A DNA stretch of 64,000 bases, from positions 64,001-128,000 of the forward strand of contig CAWFXA010000003.1 in assembly GCA_963819655.1 (NCBI GenBank). Direction: 5' to 3'. Every line of letters begins with the position of its first letter. The stretch's first letter is position 1. A program made the position numbers and the translations under genes. Below, in pieces: positions 1 through 11,841 of this stretch. The stretch is from an uncultured Chloroflexia bacterium. Its GTDB lineage: Bacteria > Chloroflexota > Limnocylindria > Limnocylindrales > CSP1-4. The notes beneath the pieces are model-generated. The model worked only from the letters and a program-made list of their open reading frames with translations, ran no database searches and had not been told where the DNA came from.

Positions 1-668
<668 letters not shown>

Positions 669-672
<4 letters not shown>

Positions 673-3128
673 TTGACGTCTCCCGTGATCGCCAGGTCGA
701 GGTTGAAGTTGACGCTATCGCTGAAGTCGTTGACGAACCGGATGAGGACCGTGCCGGTCGCCGAGTCGACGAAGTCCCCAGGCCCGGTGACGGCATAGCG
801 CGACCCACCGGCAAGGTGCGGGAGCCGGCGCCAGGTGCCAGCTGTCAGATCGTACAGCTCGACCTCGGGGAGGCCGTCGAAGACCGGTTGGACGCATCCC
901 TCGATCGGCGGATTGCCACACGCCACGGGGATCGTCCCGAGAGGAGTGATCGCCTTCGGCTCGGCCCCGGGTAGCCCGAACTCTCCGAAGTTGAAGCCGA
1001 TCGCGAGCTGCGTCGCGTCGATCGTGCCGTCGAACGAGATCGGCCGGTACGACATCTCCGCCGAGCCGCGGCCGAAGCCGATGTTGAACGGATCCTTGTT
1101 GAAGAACGCGGCGTCGCTCGAGACGACCGTGTTGCGGAGCAGGTCCTGGCGGAACGTCGTCTTGCCGCTGACGGTGATGTCGGCCGGCAGGAACCACAGG
1201 ACGTTGCCGGTCCGCCGGGCGACCTGGCCCTCGATCTCGACCGGCAGCAGTTCGCGGTCCGACCAACCGAGGACGACGGCGCCGTCTGCCGGCAGTTGGC
1301 CGGTGAAGCCCCAGTTCGGGTCGAACGTGAGCTGGTCGATGATCGTGTGCCGTGCGTACTGCCGGGCCGTGCCTTCGCCGCCCTGGCTCGGGTCACCGAA
1401 GAAGATCTGCCCGACGATCTTGTCAGACAGCTGCTGGCCCATCTGGACGACCTGGAGCGCGACGTCGACGGAGGCCGTCTGGCCGGGAGCGAGATCGGAC
1501 AGCTTGGCCACGGTCCCGCCCAGCACGACCGCCGGCGCCTGCAACACCTCGTCCGAGTCATTGGTGACGGTTCCCTTGAGCCGTCCCTCCTCGAGGCGCA
1601 GGTCGGCCTGGATGAGCGGCACCGTCACCGCGCTCTCTGCGCGGATCGTGCGCAACGAGCCGAAGCCGACGCCGAGGTCGCGGACACGCGAGGGATCGCC
1701 CTGCAGCACGTCGAGGCTGGACTGGCTGCCGTCGACGCCCATGAAGTCACCGCTGATCGGGGAGGACAGGAGGGCGCCACCGGGCACCCGCACCTGGTAC
1801 GACCCGCGCGACGGCGAGAAGACCCCGAGATACGCCTGCGCGAGGCCCTCGGTCGCGCCTGGCGCTCCGCGAACGATCGCGACCTCGTTGACGATGATGT
1901 CGCTGCCGCGTAGCAGAGAACCGAAACCGTACGCGCCGACCGCGAATGCCACGATCAGCGCCGGCATGGTCACCCACGCCCACTCGCGCTTGTCGAGACG
2001 CCGCAGGACCAGGTAGTTCACCGGGCCGATCAGCAGGATGTAACCACCGAGCAGCGCGATCAGGCCGCCGACCGGCGGAAGCGCCAGCGTCGGCAACTGC
2101 GATGCGGCCTGGACGATCTGGCTGTCATCGCTGATGGCGGCTCCGCCTGCGGAGCGGGTCGGGATGAGCCTACGCCACAGGCCTTCCGCGGGGCGCGTGC
2201 CGGTCAGCCAGTCGGCCGTGGGATCGAAGCCGATGATCGTCACGGCGCCCGTGCCGTACGGTCGCTCGGCCGCCACGGTCTGATCCCCGACCGACGCGAG
2301 GGCCCGACCGGCCGTCAGCGTCCCGGACAGTGCCGGCAGGTCCTTGGCATCGTCCGGCACTTCGCCCAGGAGCGCCCCGAGCGAGGACGCAGCGACGTCG
2401 GTCGTCGTCGTCGGCCGATAGGGCAGGATGGCGTCGGGGAATGCAGACAGGCTCGCGGGACCGGACGTGCCGCCCGCGATGATGAGCCGACCGCCGCCGG
2501 CGACCCAGCCTCGCAGCGCCGCGATCTGCTCAGTGTTGAGCTGCGTCGAATCGATGTCCTGCCAGATCAGGCGATCGAGCGCGCCCCACGCCTCGACGCG
2601 CGTCGGCAGGTCGGCGGCATCGAGGCCGACCGTCAACGGCTTGACGTTGTTCATGTTGGGCAGCAGGTCCAGGTCGCCGATGATGTCGCCCGGTCGTTCC
2701 GCGACGATGCCGACGACCATCTGGGTCCCGTCGTGGATCGCATACGCCGCCTTGGCGGTGGCGATCGTCGTCTCGCCGGAATAGAGGCTGACCTCGAGCT
2801 CACGCCCGAAGCCCGGCGGTTGCGCGTACAGGCGATGGGTCTGATCGGACTGGGTCGGCGCCTGGATGAGGGTCCCGAAGCGCGTCCGCCCCTGCGTCCC
2901 GCCCGTGATGCGCAGCTCGCCGACGATCGGTGGGCCGTCGTTCTTGAGCCGGACGTCGATGGCCATCCACGACCCGACCCGGGCGTGCCCATCGAGCATG
3001 ACCGCGGCCTCCATCGTCAGGCCGGGGGGCGGCGTCACGGCGGTCAGCGCCCGCCGGCTCGCCGCGACCGGGGCGACGACGAGCCCGGCGGCAAGCGCGA
3101 CGGCGGCGCCGATACGCGCCAGGCGCAT
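669..3128 (-). CDS. Large membrane-anchored hypothetical protein (class I GATase-like central domain, TM helices), ABC-associated
   Basis: 845-aa ORF; signal peptide from MRLARIG; 'ALRGWVAGGGRLII' and 'GPVNYLVLRRLDKREWAWVTMP' segments typical of proteins in ABC/MoxR clusters. Confidence 0.75.
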
Positions 3129-3348
3129 GACCGGTGAGACCCTCGTGAACCCTGTGTGACGCACGCGGACTCCGAAGCGATGGCCAGATGGGGATGGACG
3201 CACCAAGGACGCCTCGCCCCCGTCGAAAGTTGCGTCTGGCCGTGAGGTGTCGGCTCACCGACGCTTCGGTCGCGGTCCGGACGGGACCTATCGTACGATG
3301 GGGACGTCCCATGAGCCGCAGGCCGCGTGCCGTCATCCCGAGGGATCC

Positions 3349-4681
3349 GTGCCCGATCTCCGCCCATTTCGCGCGCTCCGCTTCGATCCGTCCAGCGTCG
3401 GGGACATCGGGGCGGTCGTCGCGCCGCCGTATGACGTCATCGATTCGACAACGCGTTCCCGGCTGATCGCCCGTCATCCCGCCAACGTCGTCCGGCTCGA
3501 CATGCCGGTCGAGGAGACCGGCGATCAGCCGGATGACCGCTATCGGCGCGCGGCCAGGACACTCGCGACCTGGCGTTCCGACGGGACCCTGCGCAAGGAT
3601 CCGCATCCGTCCGTCTACGCCTACGAGCAGTCCTATCGCGTGCCGGGCACCGCCATCGACCGGACGCAGCGCGGGTTCTTCGCGCGTCTGAAGCTCGAGT
3701 CGTTCGGCCCTGAGTCCGGCGTGTTGCCGCATGAACGGACCCTCGCCGGGCCGAAAGAGGACCGCTACAAGCTGCTCCGCGCCACCGGGGTCAACACGAG
3801 TCCGGTGGTGGGGCTGTTCGACGACCCGACCGAGGGCACCGCGGACCGGCTCGCCGCCGTCGCCGCAGGCCCGCCCGATGTCGACCTGACCGACGACGAT
3901 GGTGTCCGCCACCGGCTGTGGGCCTTGCCCGCCGCGGGCGACGGGCCGGCCAGCATCGTCGCCGGGGAGCTGCTCGCCGCGGCCGAGGCGGGCCCGATCA
4001 CGATCGCCGACGGGCATCACCGATACGAGACGGCGTTGCACTACCGGGATGAGCGGCGGATGTCGCGGTCCTGCGAGGAGGACCCGCCGTTCGACTATCT
4101 GTTGGTGCTGATGCTCGAGGTGACCCACCAGGACCTGACCGTCCTGCCGACCCACCGGCTCATCCGCGGGATCGGGTCCGAGCCGGCGGCCCGCGTCCTC
4201 GCGCGCGCGCACGACCTGTTCGACGTCGAGCCCGTCGGCTCGTCGGACGAGCTGCTCGCGAGGATGGCCGGCAACGACGGCGACGCGGGCGTTCGTGACG
4301 GTGGAGCGCTTCGGTCTGTGGACGCGTGATGGCGGCGCGCTCCTGACGGCACGACGATCCGCCTTCGAGCCGTACCTCCCGGCGGGTGGCGAGGCACTCC
4401 GGTCGCTCGACGTCACCCTCCTCGGTGTGGCCCTCGAGCAGCTCGCCGGCCTCGACGCCGAGGCCGTCGCCGGTGGTGCCGTCGACTACACGAAGTCCGC
4501 TGCCGACGCGATCGCCGCCGTCGACGCCGATGACGGCATCGATGCGGCATTCCTGCTCCAGCCGACGCCCGTCGCATCGGTCGAGGCGGTCGCCCGCGAG
4601 GGCGACGTCATGCCTCAGAAGTCGACGTATTTCTTTCCCAAGGCCCTGACCGGCCTCGTCATCAACCCGCACGAATGGTGA
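3349..4681 (+). CDS. DUF1015 family protein, frameshifted near 4295
   Basis: PFRALRF, APPYDVI, PHERT and IADGHHRYETA in ORF 3247..4329; C-terminal MPQKSTYFFPK in ORF 4295..4681. Confidence 0.88.
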
Positions 4682-5565
4682 ACCGGATGCCCGACCCGAT
4701 CCCCGAGCCGATCCTGTCTCGAGCGCAGGTGCCGCCATCGAACGGCAGGCCGGTCCGCAAGGACGAGATCGAGCTGCACGACCGCGGGATCTATATCGAA
4801 TCCTGGCTCCCGGAGCGGCGGTCACGACGGAAGCCGCTGCTGTTCGTCCACGGCGAGCTCGCCGGCTCGTGGGTGTGGGAGCGGTTTCTCGGCTACTTCG
4901 CGGGTCGCGGCTGGGAGGGCCACGCCCTCAACCTGCGCAACCACCACTGGTCGCTGACGGCGGATCCGGCCACCCTGTCGTTCGACACCTATGTCGAGGA
5001 CGTCGTCGCCGCGCTTGACCGGCTGGGACCCTCGACCGTCGCGATCGGGCACGGCATGGGCGGGCTCCTCGCGCTCAAGGCCGCGGAGCGGGTCGCGCTT
5101 TCCGGCCTCGTGCTCATCGCGCCGCAACTGCCCCGTGACCTTCGTCCGCCGGTCCGGCCGTATGAGCTGCGCGAGGTTCCGGAGGTCTATGGGCGCAGCG
5201 TGATCGGCTGGGAGACACTCCCCGAAAAGTTGCTCCGCGACGACCGCGACCTCACCCTGGCCGACGTGCTGCGCATCCAGCACCTGCTCGGCCAGAAGCC
5301 GCATGAAGCCGGAGCTGCGCGGCGGCAGGTCCTGGCCGGCATCCCGGTCGACCGGCGGGTCGTCGCCGAGGTCCCTCGACTCGTCATCGGCGGCGGGCTC
5401 GACCGGACGACCACGCTGGACGACGCCGAGCGCCTCGCCGAGTGGCTCGACTCGGAATTCGAGCCGTTCGGAGCGCATTCTCATTTCGGTCTGATCCACG
5501 GCGAGCACAGCTATCAGCAGGTCGCCGAGGCGGTCCGCAGCTTCCTCGAGCTGCACCGGCTCTGA
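4675..5565 (+). CDS. Alpha/beta fold hydrolase
   Basis: LLFVHG motif; nucleophile elbow reads GHGMGG; C-terminal HSH; coupled to upstream gene. Confidence 0.8.
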   Translation: MVNRMPDPIPEPILSRAQVPPSNGRPVRKDEIELHDRGIYIESWLPERRSRRKPLLFVHGELAGSWVWERFLGYFAGRGWEGHALNLRNHHWSLTADPATLSFDTYVEDVVAALDRLGPSTVAIGHGMGGLLALKAAERVALSGLVLIAPQLPRDLRPPVRPYELREVPEVYGRSVIGWETLPEKLLRDDRDLTLADVLRIQHLLGQKPHEAGAARRQVLAGIPVDRRVVAEVPRLVIGGGLDRTTTLDDAERLAEWLDSEFEPFGAHSHFGLIHGEHSYQQVAEAVRSFLELHRL

Positions 5566-5850
5566 CCGATTGGCGGTGCGCGGACGCACCGGCCGACTGG
5601 AACGTGCGTGTGATGCCCGTGGTGCGCCCTGTCACCTCTCTGCCATGTCTGAGACAATGACCCCAGCAGGGAGTCCCCCCGGCGTCCGTTCGCCGCCGCA
5701 TCGCCGCTGACCGAGCGGTCGCCGACCCCCAAGCCCCGCGCTCACTGCGGGTTCCCCCCAGCTCCCTGTCACATCCCGGACCGTGCATCGGCGCGTCCCG
5801 GACAGCCTTCGTTCGCCGCCCCCAGCGGCGTCCAGGTAGAGAGGAGCGTC

Positions 5851-7920
5851 ATGTCGTCGCTCTCGAACGGCGCCCAGTGGGCGTCTCGTCGAGTCATCCC
5901 AGCGTTGATCGTGCACGTCGTAGCCTTCCTGCTGGCCTTTGGCACGATCCTGATCGTCGCCCGCATGAGTCCGACCTCGGCGGCCACCGACACCATCCTC
6001 ATGTCGCGATCCGAGCTTCTCTCGCGACCGACCAGCGGGACCGCATGGACCGCCCTCAAGGCCCGCGCCGACTCGTCGATCGGCACGCCTGACATCTCGA
6101 ATCAGGACGAGTCCGCGGACGTCACAACACTCGCCAAGGGCCTGGTCTATGCGCGCATCGGCGGTGCCGGCTACCGGGGCGACGTCATCTCCGCCCTGAA
6201 GAGCGCCGTCGGTTCCGAGACCGGCGGGCGGACTCTCGCCCTCGGGCGCAACCTTCCGGGCTACGTCATCGCGGCGGACCTCGTCGACCTTCCGTCGGCC
6301 GATCCATCGTTCGACCAGAACACGTTCCGTCCGTGGCTGCGGTCGCTGCTGACCAAGACCCTCGACGGGCGGACGCTCGTCAGCACGCACGAGGATCGTC
6401 CGAACAACTGGGGCACCCATGCCGGGGCCGCGCGCGCCGCGGTCGCCGGGTACCTTGGCGACAGCGCCCAGATCGCTCGGACCGCACAGGTGTTCCGGGG
6501 CTACCTCGGCGATCGCACCGCCTACGCCGGGTTCAGCTACGGCGAGCTCAGCTGGCAGTGCGACCCGCTCCGACCTGTCGGGATCAACCCGCCGTGTTCG
6601 CGTGCGGGCATCAACCTCGATGGCGTCCTGCCGGACGACCTGCGTCGTGGCGGCGCGCTGCAGTGGCCGCCCGCCTCCACGGGCTATCCGTGGGAGGGGA
6701 TGCAGGGCGCGGTCCTGCAGGCCGAGCTCCTGCGGATGCAAGGCTACGACGCCTGGTCCTGGTCGAATCGCGCACTGCTGCGAGCGACGACGTTCCTCTA
6801 CAACCGCGCCGGCTGGCCGGCGACGGGCGACGACGAATGGCAGCCGTGGCTGATCGACAAGCGGTACGGCACGTCGTTCCGCGCGCCCGCCCCCGCACGG
6901 ACAGGCAAGAACTTCGGCTTCACCGACTGGTTGTACGGGGCGGCCGGCACCACGTCCGGACCGCCGCCGGCGCCGGCGACCCCACCCCCGACAGCGACGC
7001 CGAGGCCGACCGCGACGCCAGGGCCGACACCGGTCCCGACGCCCGTGGGGACTCCGGCTCCGACGCCGGGTAGTACACCCGCTCCAACGCCAGGTCCGAC
7101 GCCGACCGGCGCGACCGTGCCCACGGCACAGCCGACGCCGACGCCGGATGGCACGCCGGGACCGGCCGCCACGCCGACGCCGACACCCGCGCCGACCACT
7201 GCCCCCACGCCTGAGCCGACACCGACCTCGTCTCCGTCGAGGCCCCAGTCGGCGAAGCCGCCCAAGGTGAGCCGTCCACTGGTCACGCTGTCCGACACCT
7301 CGGCGGTCCCGAGCGTTGGCGTGCCGGTCATCGTCGACTGGGCGCTGACCGACACGCAGGCGGGCATCCGGAACTACCAGCTCCAGGTCCGCATCGGCGA
7401 TGGCAGCTGGGCTCCGCTCAGCCTCACGTCCCCCGCCTCGAGCGTCTCGAGGCGCACGGTACCGGTCGGGACGACGTTCCGCTTCCGGGTCCGTGCGATC
7501 GACCGTGCGGGCACGGTCGGCGACTGGGTCAGCTCCGCCACGTACCGCGCGAGCGCGGTGTCGGACTCGTCCAGTGCCGTCCGCTGGTCGGGTTCATGGG
7601 TCTTCGCCTCGCACAGCGGCTATCTCGGTCGTCGGGCGCACTCGACGACCCGCCGTGGCGACATCGCCACGATCGATTTCAATGGCACATCCATCGCGTG
7701 GGCCGGCCCCGTCGGCCCGACGCGCGGCAAGGCAATCGTGCTGATCGACGGCAAGGCGGTGGCCACCATCGACCTCGGACACGCGACGTTCCGGGCGAGG
7801 GACATGGTGTTCGCTCGCAACCTGCCCGAAGGTCCACACACCCTCCGGGTGCAGGCGCAGGGCACGAGCGGGCGACCGACGGTCGCCATCGACCACATCT
7901 ACATCCTGAGCCCGCAGTGA
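5851..7920 (+). CDS. Secreted alginate-lyase-like (alpha/alpha) protein with Pro/Thr linker and C-terminal FN3/beta-sandwich domains
   Basis: RBS GAGGAG, N-terminal TM/signal, NNWGTH motif, PT-rich linker, 'FRFRVRAIDRAG' FN3-like strand, 'GKAIVLIDGK' beta domain. Confidence 0.65.
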   Translation: MSSLSNGAQWASRRVIPALIVHVVAFLLAFGTILIVARMSPTSAATDTILMSRSELLSRPTSGTAWTALKARADSSIGTPDISNQDESADVTTLAKGLVYARIGGAGYRGDVISALKSAVGSETGGRTLALGRNLPGYVIAADLVDLPSADPSFDQNTFRPWLRSLLTKTLDGRTLVSTHEDRPNNWGTHAGAARAAVAGYLGDSAQIARTAQVFRGYLGDRTAYAGFSYGELSWQCDPLRPVGINPPCSRAGINLDGVLPDDLRRGGALQWPPASTGYPWEGMQGAVLQAELLRMQGYDAWSWSNRALLRATTFLYNRAGWPATGDDEWQPWLIDKRYGTSFRAPAPARTGKNFGFTDWLYGAAGTTSGPPPAPATPPPTATPRPTATPGPTPVPTPVGTPAPTPGSTPAPTPGPTPTGATVPTAQPTPTPDGTPGPAATPTPTPAPTTAPTPEPTPTSSPSRPQSAKPPKVSRPLVTLSDTSAVPSVGVPVIVDWALTDTQAGIRNYQLQVRIGDGSWAPLSLTSPASSVSRRTVPVGTTFRFRVRAIDRAGTVGDWVSSATYRASAVSDSSSAVRWSGSWVFASHSGYLGRRAHSTTRRGDIATIDFNGTSIAWAGPVGPTRGKAIVLIDGKAVATIDLGHATFRARDMVFARNLPEGPHTLRVQAQGTSGRPTVAIDHIYILSPQ
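6960..7260 (+). repeat. Low-complexity Pro/Thr linker (ccgacg-type repeats)
   Basis: Tandem PTPTPG/PTPAP codons within the CDS. Confidence 0.8.
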
Positions 7921-7997
7921 ACGGGAGCCCGGGCGACCGGGCTCCAGTCCTCTGGTATCCTGTCGGCCGTCGCGGCGGTCCCCGCCCGACGGCCGGC

Positions 7998-8074
7998 GCC
8001 GCATTCGTCTAGAGGCCCAGGACACCGCCCTCTCAAGGCGGAGATCACCGGTTCGAATCCGGTATGCGGTACCA
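7998..8074 (+). tRNA. tRNA-Glu (CTC)
   Basis: Acceptor gccgcat/atgcggt; anticodon arm ccgcc-ctCTCaa-ggcgg; T arm accgg-ttcgaat-ccggt; encoded CCA; upstream TATCCT -10-like hexamer. Confidence 0.97.
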
Positions 8075-8197
8075 AAATCGCCAGTTTCGGCCCGATCCAC
8101 GCTCGGATCGGGCTCGATTGCGATCGGCCTGCGGAAGGTCATCGCCTGGACGGACATCACCCGCGACCCGACTCGCTTCCGCTTCGACGGCCGATGA

Positions 8198-8623
8198 TCA
8201 GAGGGCAGTGACCTCGTCGCCGACGGAGATCACCCCATCGGTCAGGATGTCGGCGTTGATGCCGCCGCGGTGCACGAGGTCCCGGATGATCCCCGGGCGG
8301 GTCCGCTGCTCGAGTGATAGACAGGGCTCGCAGATCTCGACCCCGTAGCACTCGACCTCGCCGACCCGGAAGCGCCGGCCGATCAGCTCGTTGAGCCGCA
8401 CCCCGCGCACGGTCACCTGCCGGCGGGTGGCCCCCGGCGGCAGGCCGACCTCGTCGACGACCTCCTCCTCGACCAGCGTGAGGGCCTCGCCAGGATCGGC
8501 GCCGCCCTGGGCGTGGAAGTGGCGGTCGCCCTCGAGGCCCATGCCCGCCCGTGCCCGGACCGACGGCACCGGCGCGACCGGGCCGCCGTGGTCAGCGCCG
8601 AGGTGGATCGCGACGACCTGCAC
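8198..8623 (-). CDS. MOSC domain protein
   Basis: GLEGDRH, TRRQVTVRG, CEPC and RGGINA motifs; GGAGGT RBS. Confidence 0.88.
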   Translation of the reverse strand: MQVVAIHLGADHGGPVAPVPSVRARAGMGLEGDRHFHAQGGADPGEALTLVEEEVVDEVGLPPGATRRQVTVRGVRLNELIGRRFRVGEVECYGVEICEPCLSLEQRTRPGIIRDLVHRGGINADILTDGVISVGDEVTAL

Positions 8624-8705
8624 TCTGGGACCTCCTGCTGAGCCCGCGACCGCCCTTGGCGGGCATTCGTCAGGTCAAGGCTAACGCTGCGGCCCATCTT
8701 CCGTT

Positions 8706-8753
8706 AGTACCGTCAGCCGCTGGGAAATCAACGAGTACCTGACGCTGTTCTGA
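8706..8753 (+). pseudogene. C-terminal remnant resembling glutamine synthetase (STVSRWEINEYLTLF*)
   Basis: Manual translation matches the VSxWExxxYL C-terminus of GlnA/GlnT-type enzymes; no upstream gene body. Confidence 0.5.
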
Positions 8754-9045
8754 GCGATCACAAGGATGGGTGACCACCCAACACGCGGCCGGCTCGGTCA
8801 GCGCCAAGCCGGATACCTTCCCCTTGTTGGGCTACGTGTCACGGTCGGTCGGGACTCGTAGCCGCTCGAATCCGGCGGAGCGCCTAGGTTACTGGTCAGG
8901 CGAATTGCGTGGCGCTTCGGGTTTGTCGCGCAAGCACCCCTGTCCGGACAGGTCGCACGTCCGACTAGTGATTCGAGCGCGCCCGACAGGAACCCCGACG
9001 GCACCGGCGCCCCGGACTCGTCCGGGCCATCTCTCGGCGCCGGAC

Positions 9046-9204
9046 CTGAACCCCTATCTGAACCCTTATGGATCCTGTGTCTTGTGTCTCATGTGTCTCT
9101 TGGATGTACTCGTTGAACGCGGCTGAGACACATGAGACGGTTCACTAGGCATCCGGTATGCGGTACCACTACACCACGACATGTAGTGGTTTGTTGCGGT
9201 TTGA
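9046..9204 (+). repeat. attP-like junction module 1 (tandem CTGAACCC(C/T)TAT, hairpin, tRNA-Glu core, NrdR-like box)
   Basis: 12-bp tandem at 9046-9069; perfect 14-bp inverted repeat 9086-9099/9125-9138; core atccggtatgcggtacca at 9151-9168. Confidence 0.85.
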
Positions 9205-9248
9205 TGGTCGCGCCAACCTGTCCTCTCCGACCCCGAGGGCGCGGTCAG

Positions 9249-9490
9249 CTACAGGTCGACCTGGACCTCGCCGTTGGCGACGTGGAGGGGGTAGCTGCGC
9301 ACGGGGTCCTCAGCCGGACCGCGCACGACCGCACCGCTCGTGACGTCGAAGCGGCTTCCGTGGCAGGCACACTGCACCGTGGACCCGTCGAGCTTCCCAT
9401 CACCCAGAGAGCAACCCCTGTGGGTGCACGTGTCGTCGATGGCAAAGAGCGTCCCGGCCACGTTCGCGAGGGTGATCCGCGTTCCCTTGG
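9249..9490 (-). pseudogene. Rieske-type ferredoxin, N-terminally truncated
   Basis: CTHRGC and CACHGSRFD [2Fe-2S] motifs; sequence upstream of GTRITLANV does not look ferredoxin-like. Confidence 0.75.
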
Positions 9491-9684
9491 AGCGACCGGC
9501 CCCGATCGTCCTTAGGAGCGGGATCCGGCTCCGACCGACCGCTTCGGCGCCGTGCTCAACGGACCTCGAACGCCCGCACATGCCCCGGCTCGACGTCGGT
9601 CGTGCGCGCAATGGTTCTCAGCATCTCTGAACCTCCTCGAAGGACCACTTTGATCTCTCGTCAGGTGTCGTGTCCGCATGGGCC

Positions 9685-10092
9685 TCAGTTCCCGACAAGG
9701 CCCGCGCGAGCGGATGGCGTCGAGTCCTGCGCAGTACTGTCGGGGCCCGCGAAGACGTAGACGATCATCGCGACCCAGCCAAGGCTGACGAGCCCCAGGA
9801 CGAGCAGCACGACGAACCAGGTCTTGTCATCGAGTCGGGACGTGTTGAGCAGCGCACCGACCCACGAGGCGATCGCGGCCAGCGTGCCCGCCGCCAGGAC
9901 GAGCGAGGCGACGATGAGAGCGGCGATGGCCCAGGCGAACGGTCCGCCGCTCAGGGTCACGACCTCGGAGCCACGGATGACGACCGCGCCATTTGCGAGC
10001 GCCGCCACGACGCCAGCGATCCCGATGGTCAACCCCACGACGACCGTGGCGATGGCACCGGCGAACAGCCGGGTAATGGTTGACTTCGACAT
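9685..10092 (-). CDS. Hypothetical membrane protein
   Basis: 135-aa ORF, about three TM helices, GAGGT RBS. Confidence 0.8.
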   Translation of the reverse strand: MSKSTITRLFAGAIATVVVGLTIGIAGVVAALANGAVVIRGSEVVTLSGGPFAWAIAALIVASLVLAAGTLAAIASWVGALLNTSRLDDKTWFVVLLVLGLVSLGWVAMIVYVFAGPDSTAQDSTPSARAGLVGN

Positions 10093-10125
10093 TTCGACTA
10101 CCTCGCTGTTGGAGTCCGATGACCC

Positions 10126-10521
10126 TTACTCCCCGATGACCTCGATCACCATGCCGGGATGCCATGTGCAGACGAACTGCGTAGTTCCCTTTGGCACCGT
10201 GGCGGTCACCGTCACAATGCCCCCGGACTCCATCGGGCCGGTGCTGACATTCAGGTCAGTACTGGTGAAGTTGTGGTTCGACTGCCCCGCGTTGCGCAGC
10301 TCGAACGTTGCCGGGACTCCCGCGTCAACCTGCACGCTCGCGGGCTGGAACGTGTCGTCCTGCATGACGATCTGCGTGGCGTCCTGTCCGCCCGGGCCCG
10401 GCCGAACATCACCGGCCGCGTTCTCGCCCAGCGCATTTCCATAGATGGCCGCGGCACCTGCACCGATCACGACGACCAGCAGCAGCGCCGCGACCCCGGC
10501 GACAATCATCCATCGACGCAT
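10126..10521 (-). CDS. Cupredoxin-domain exported protein
   Basis: Signal/TM anchor, HNF and FVCTWHPGM copper-ligand pattern; GGAGGA RBS. Confidence 0.85.
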   Translation of the reverse strand: MRRWMIVAGVAALLLVVVIGAGAAAIYGNALGENAAGDVRPGPGGQDATQIVMQDDTFQPASVQVDAGVPATFELRNAGQSNHNFTSTDLNVSTGPMESGGIVTVTATVPKGTTQFVCTWHPGMVIEVIGE

Positions 10522-10716
10522 CTCGAATCCTCCTAGCCCGATAGGGCACTTATGGATCCGGCCGTTGGCGACGCCAGCGCAGTCCGGACCCGTAGTCCGG
10601 CCACGACCGTATGTCTCAGAGAGTCGCGAGTCGTCACTCGGAAGTGCAGTAGCGGGGTGGAATTCCGACGAGGAACGAGCACCGTCCCGAGGTTGGCAAG
10701 CCCTGGTCGGCGGGCC

Positions 10717-11841
10717 CTACGAGCGGAGCCGCAGCCCGAGTACTCGTATCGTTCGAAGGAGCGCATCCACCACTGGACCCGGGGCACGGTCACCGATGTT
10801 GATCATGACGCCCAGCTGTCGACGGCCATCCGGCGTGCTGAGGATCATGGTCAGGAAGCCGGGGATCCCACCGGCGGCGCCGACCAGTGGCCCGCCGGGT
10901 GTGTCGGTCTCGATGATCCCCAAGCCGTTTCGGTCAAACAGGGGCAACGGGAGGGAGGCCCGTGGGACTGCGACGCTGGTGAGCATCTCTGATAACAGCT
11001 GGGACGGCAGTAGCTCGCCACCGAGTAGGGCCCGAAAGAAGAGCTGGAGATCCTGGAGATTCGAGATGAGCGCGCCCGCTGCCCAGGCATATGAGGGGTT
11101 CTGGGCAGTGAAATCGATCAGCGGGCCGTCCACCACGTCCAGCTGCGGAGTCAGTGGCAGGCTGTATCCGCGCGACATCGGGCTCGGGATGCCAGTGCCT
11201 GCGACAGGGAAGGACGTGTCGCGGAGTCCGAGCGGCCTGAGGATCCGCCGTGACAGCTGCGTGCCGAGCCTCGTGCCAGTCGCCGCCTCGATGATGAGCC
11301 CGAGCAGGGTGTACCCGACGTTGGTATAGGCCCACGCGGTGCCCGCCGGAAAGAGCTGCGGGCGATCGGCAACGAGTGCGACCTGCGCTCGCGGGGTCCA
11401 GGTGCGAAATCGTCCGTCTGGGGACCCATACAGCGAGCGCCAGAGCATTGGCGCGTTGTGGGGCACGCCACTCGTGTGGTTGAGGAGCTGCCTGATGTTG
11501 ATCTGGTCGCCATAGGACAGGACGCCCGGCAACCACCGCTCCACCGAGTCCGAGAGCGACAGCATGCCGTCCGCGACCAGCTGGAGCACGACCGCTGCGA
11601 CGAACGGCTTCGTCACGCTGCCCGCCCGAAAGTGCAGGTGAGGCTGCATGGCACGGCCGGTTCGAAGGTCGGCGACGCCGCTCGCGACCTGTGCGACGAC
11701 GCGCTCATCCACGATCCGCGCCGCGGCCCCGGGCGCACCGGCCGCCACTAGCTTCCTGACCAGCTGCAGCAGCTCACCGGGATCATCAACGATCCGATCG
11801 ACAACGGTGGTGGCCGAAGGGGCACGCGACATCTCGCTCAC
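10717..11841 (-). CDS. Serine hydrolase (beta-lactamase class C / D-Ala-D-Ala peptidase family)
   Basis: FRAGSVTK (SxxK), LLNHTSG and YTN motifs. Confidence 0.9.
   Translation of the reverse strand: MSEMSRAPSATTVVDRIVDDPGELLQLVRKLVAAGAPGAAARIVDERVVAQVASGVADLRTGRAMQPHLHFRAGSVTKPFVAAVVLQLVADGMLSLSDSVERWLPGVLSYGDQINIRQLLNHTSGVPHNAPMLWRSLYGSPDGRFRTWTPRAQVALVADRPQLFPAGTAWAYTNVGYTLLGLIIEAATGTRLGTQLSRRILRPLGLRDTSFPVAGTGIPSPMSRGYSLPLTPQLDVVDGPLIDFTAQNPSYAWAAGALISNLQDLQLFFRALLGGELLPSQLLSEMLTSVAVPRASLPLPLFDRNGLGIIETDTPGGPLVGAAGGIPGFLTMILSTPDGRRQLGVMINIGDRAPGPVVDALLRTIRVLGLRLRS

Noticed and set aside
4280-4330. Programmed frameshift in DUF1015
   Set aside because: No slippery sequence, and similar indels in unrelated genes point to sequencing error.
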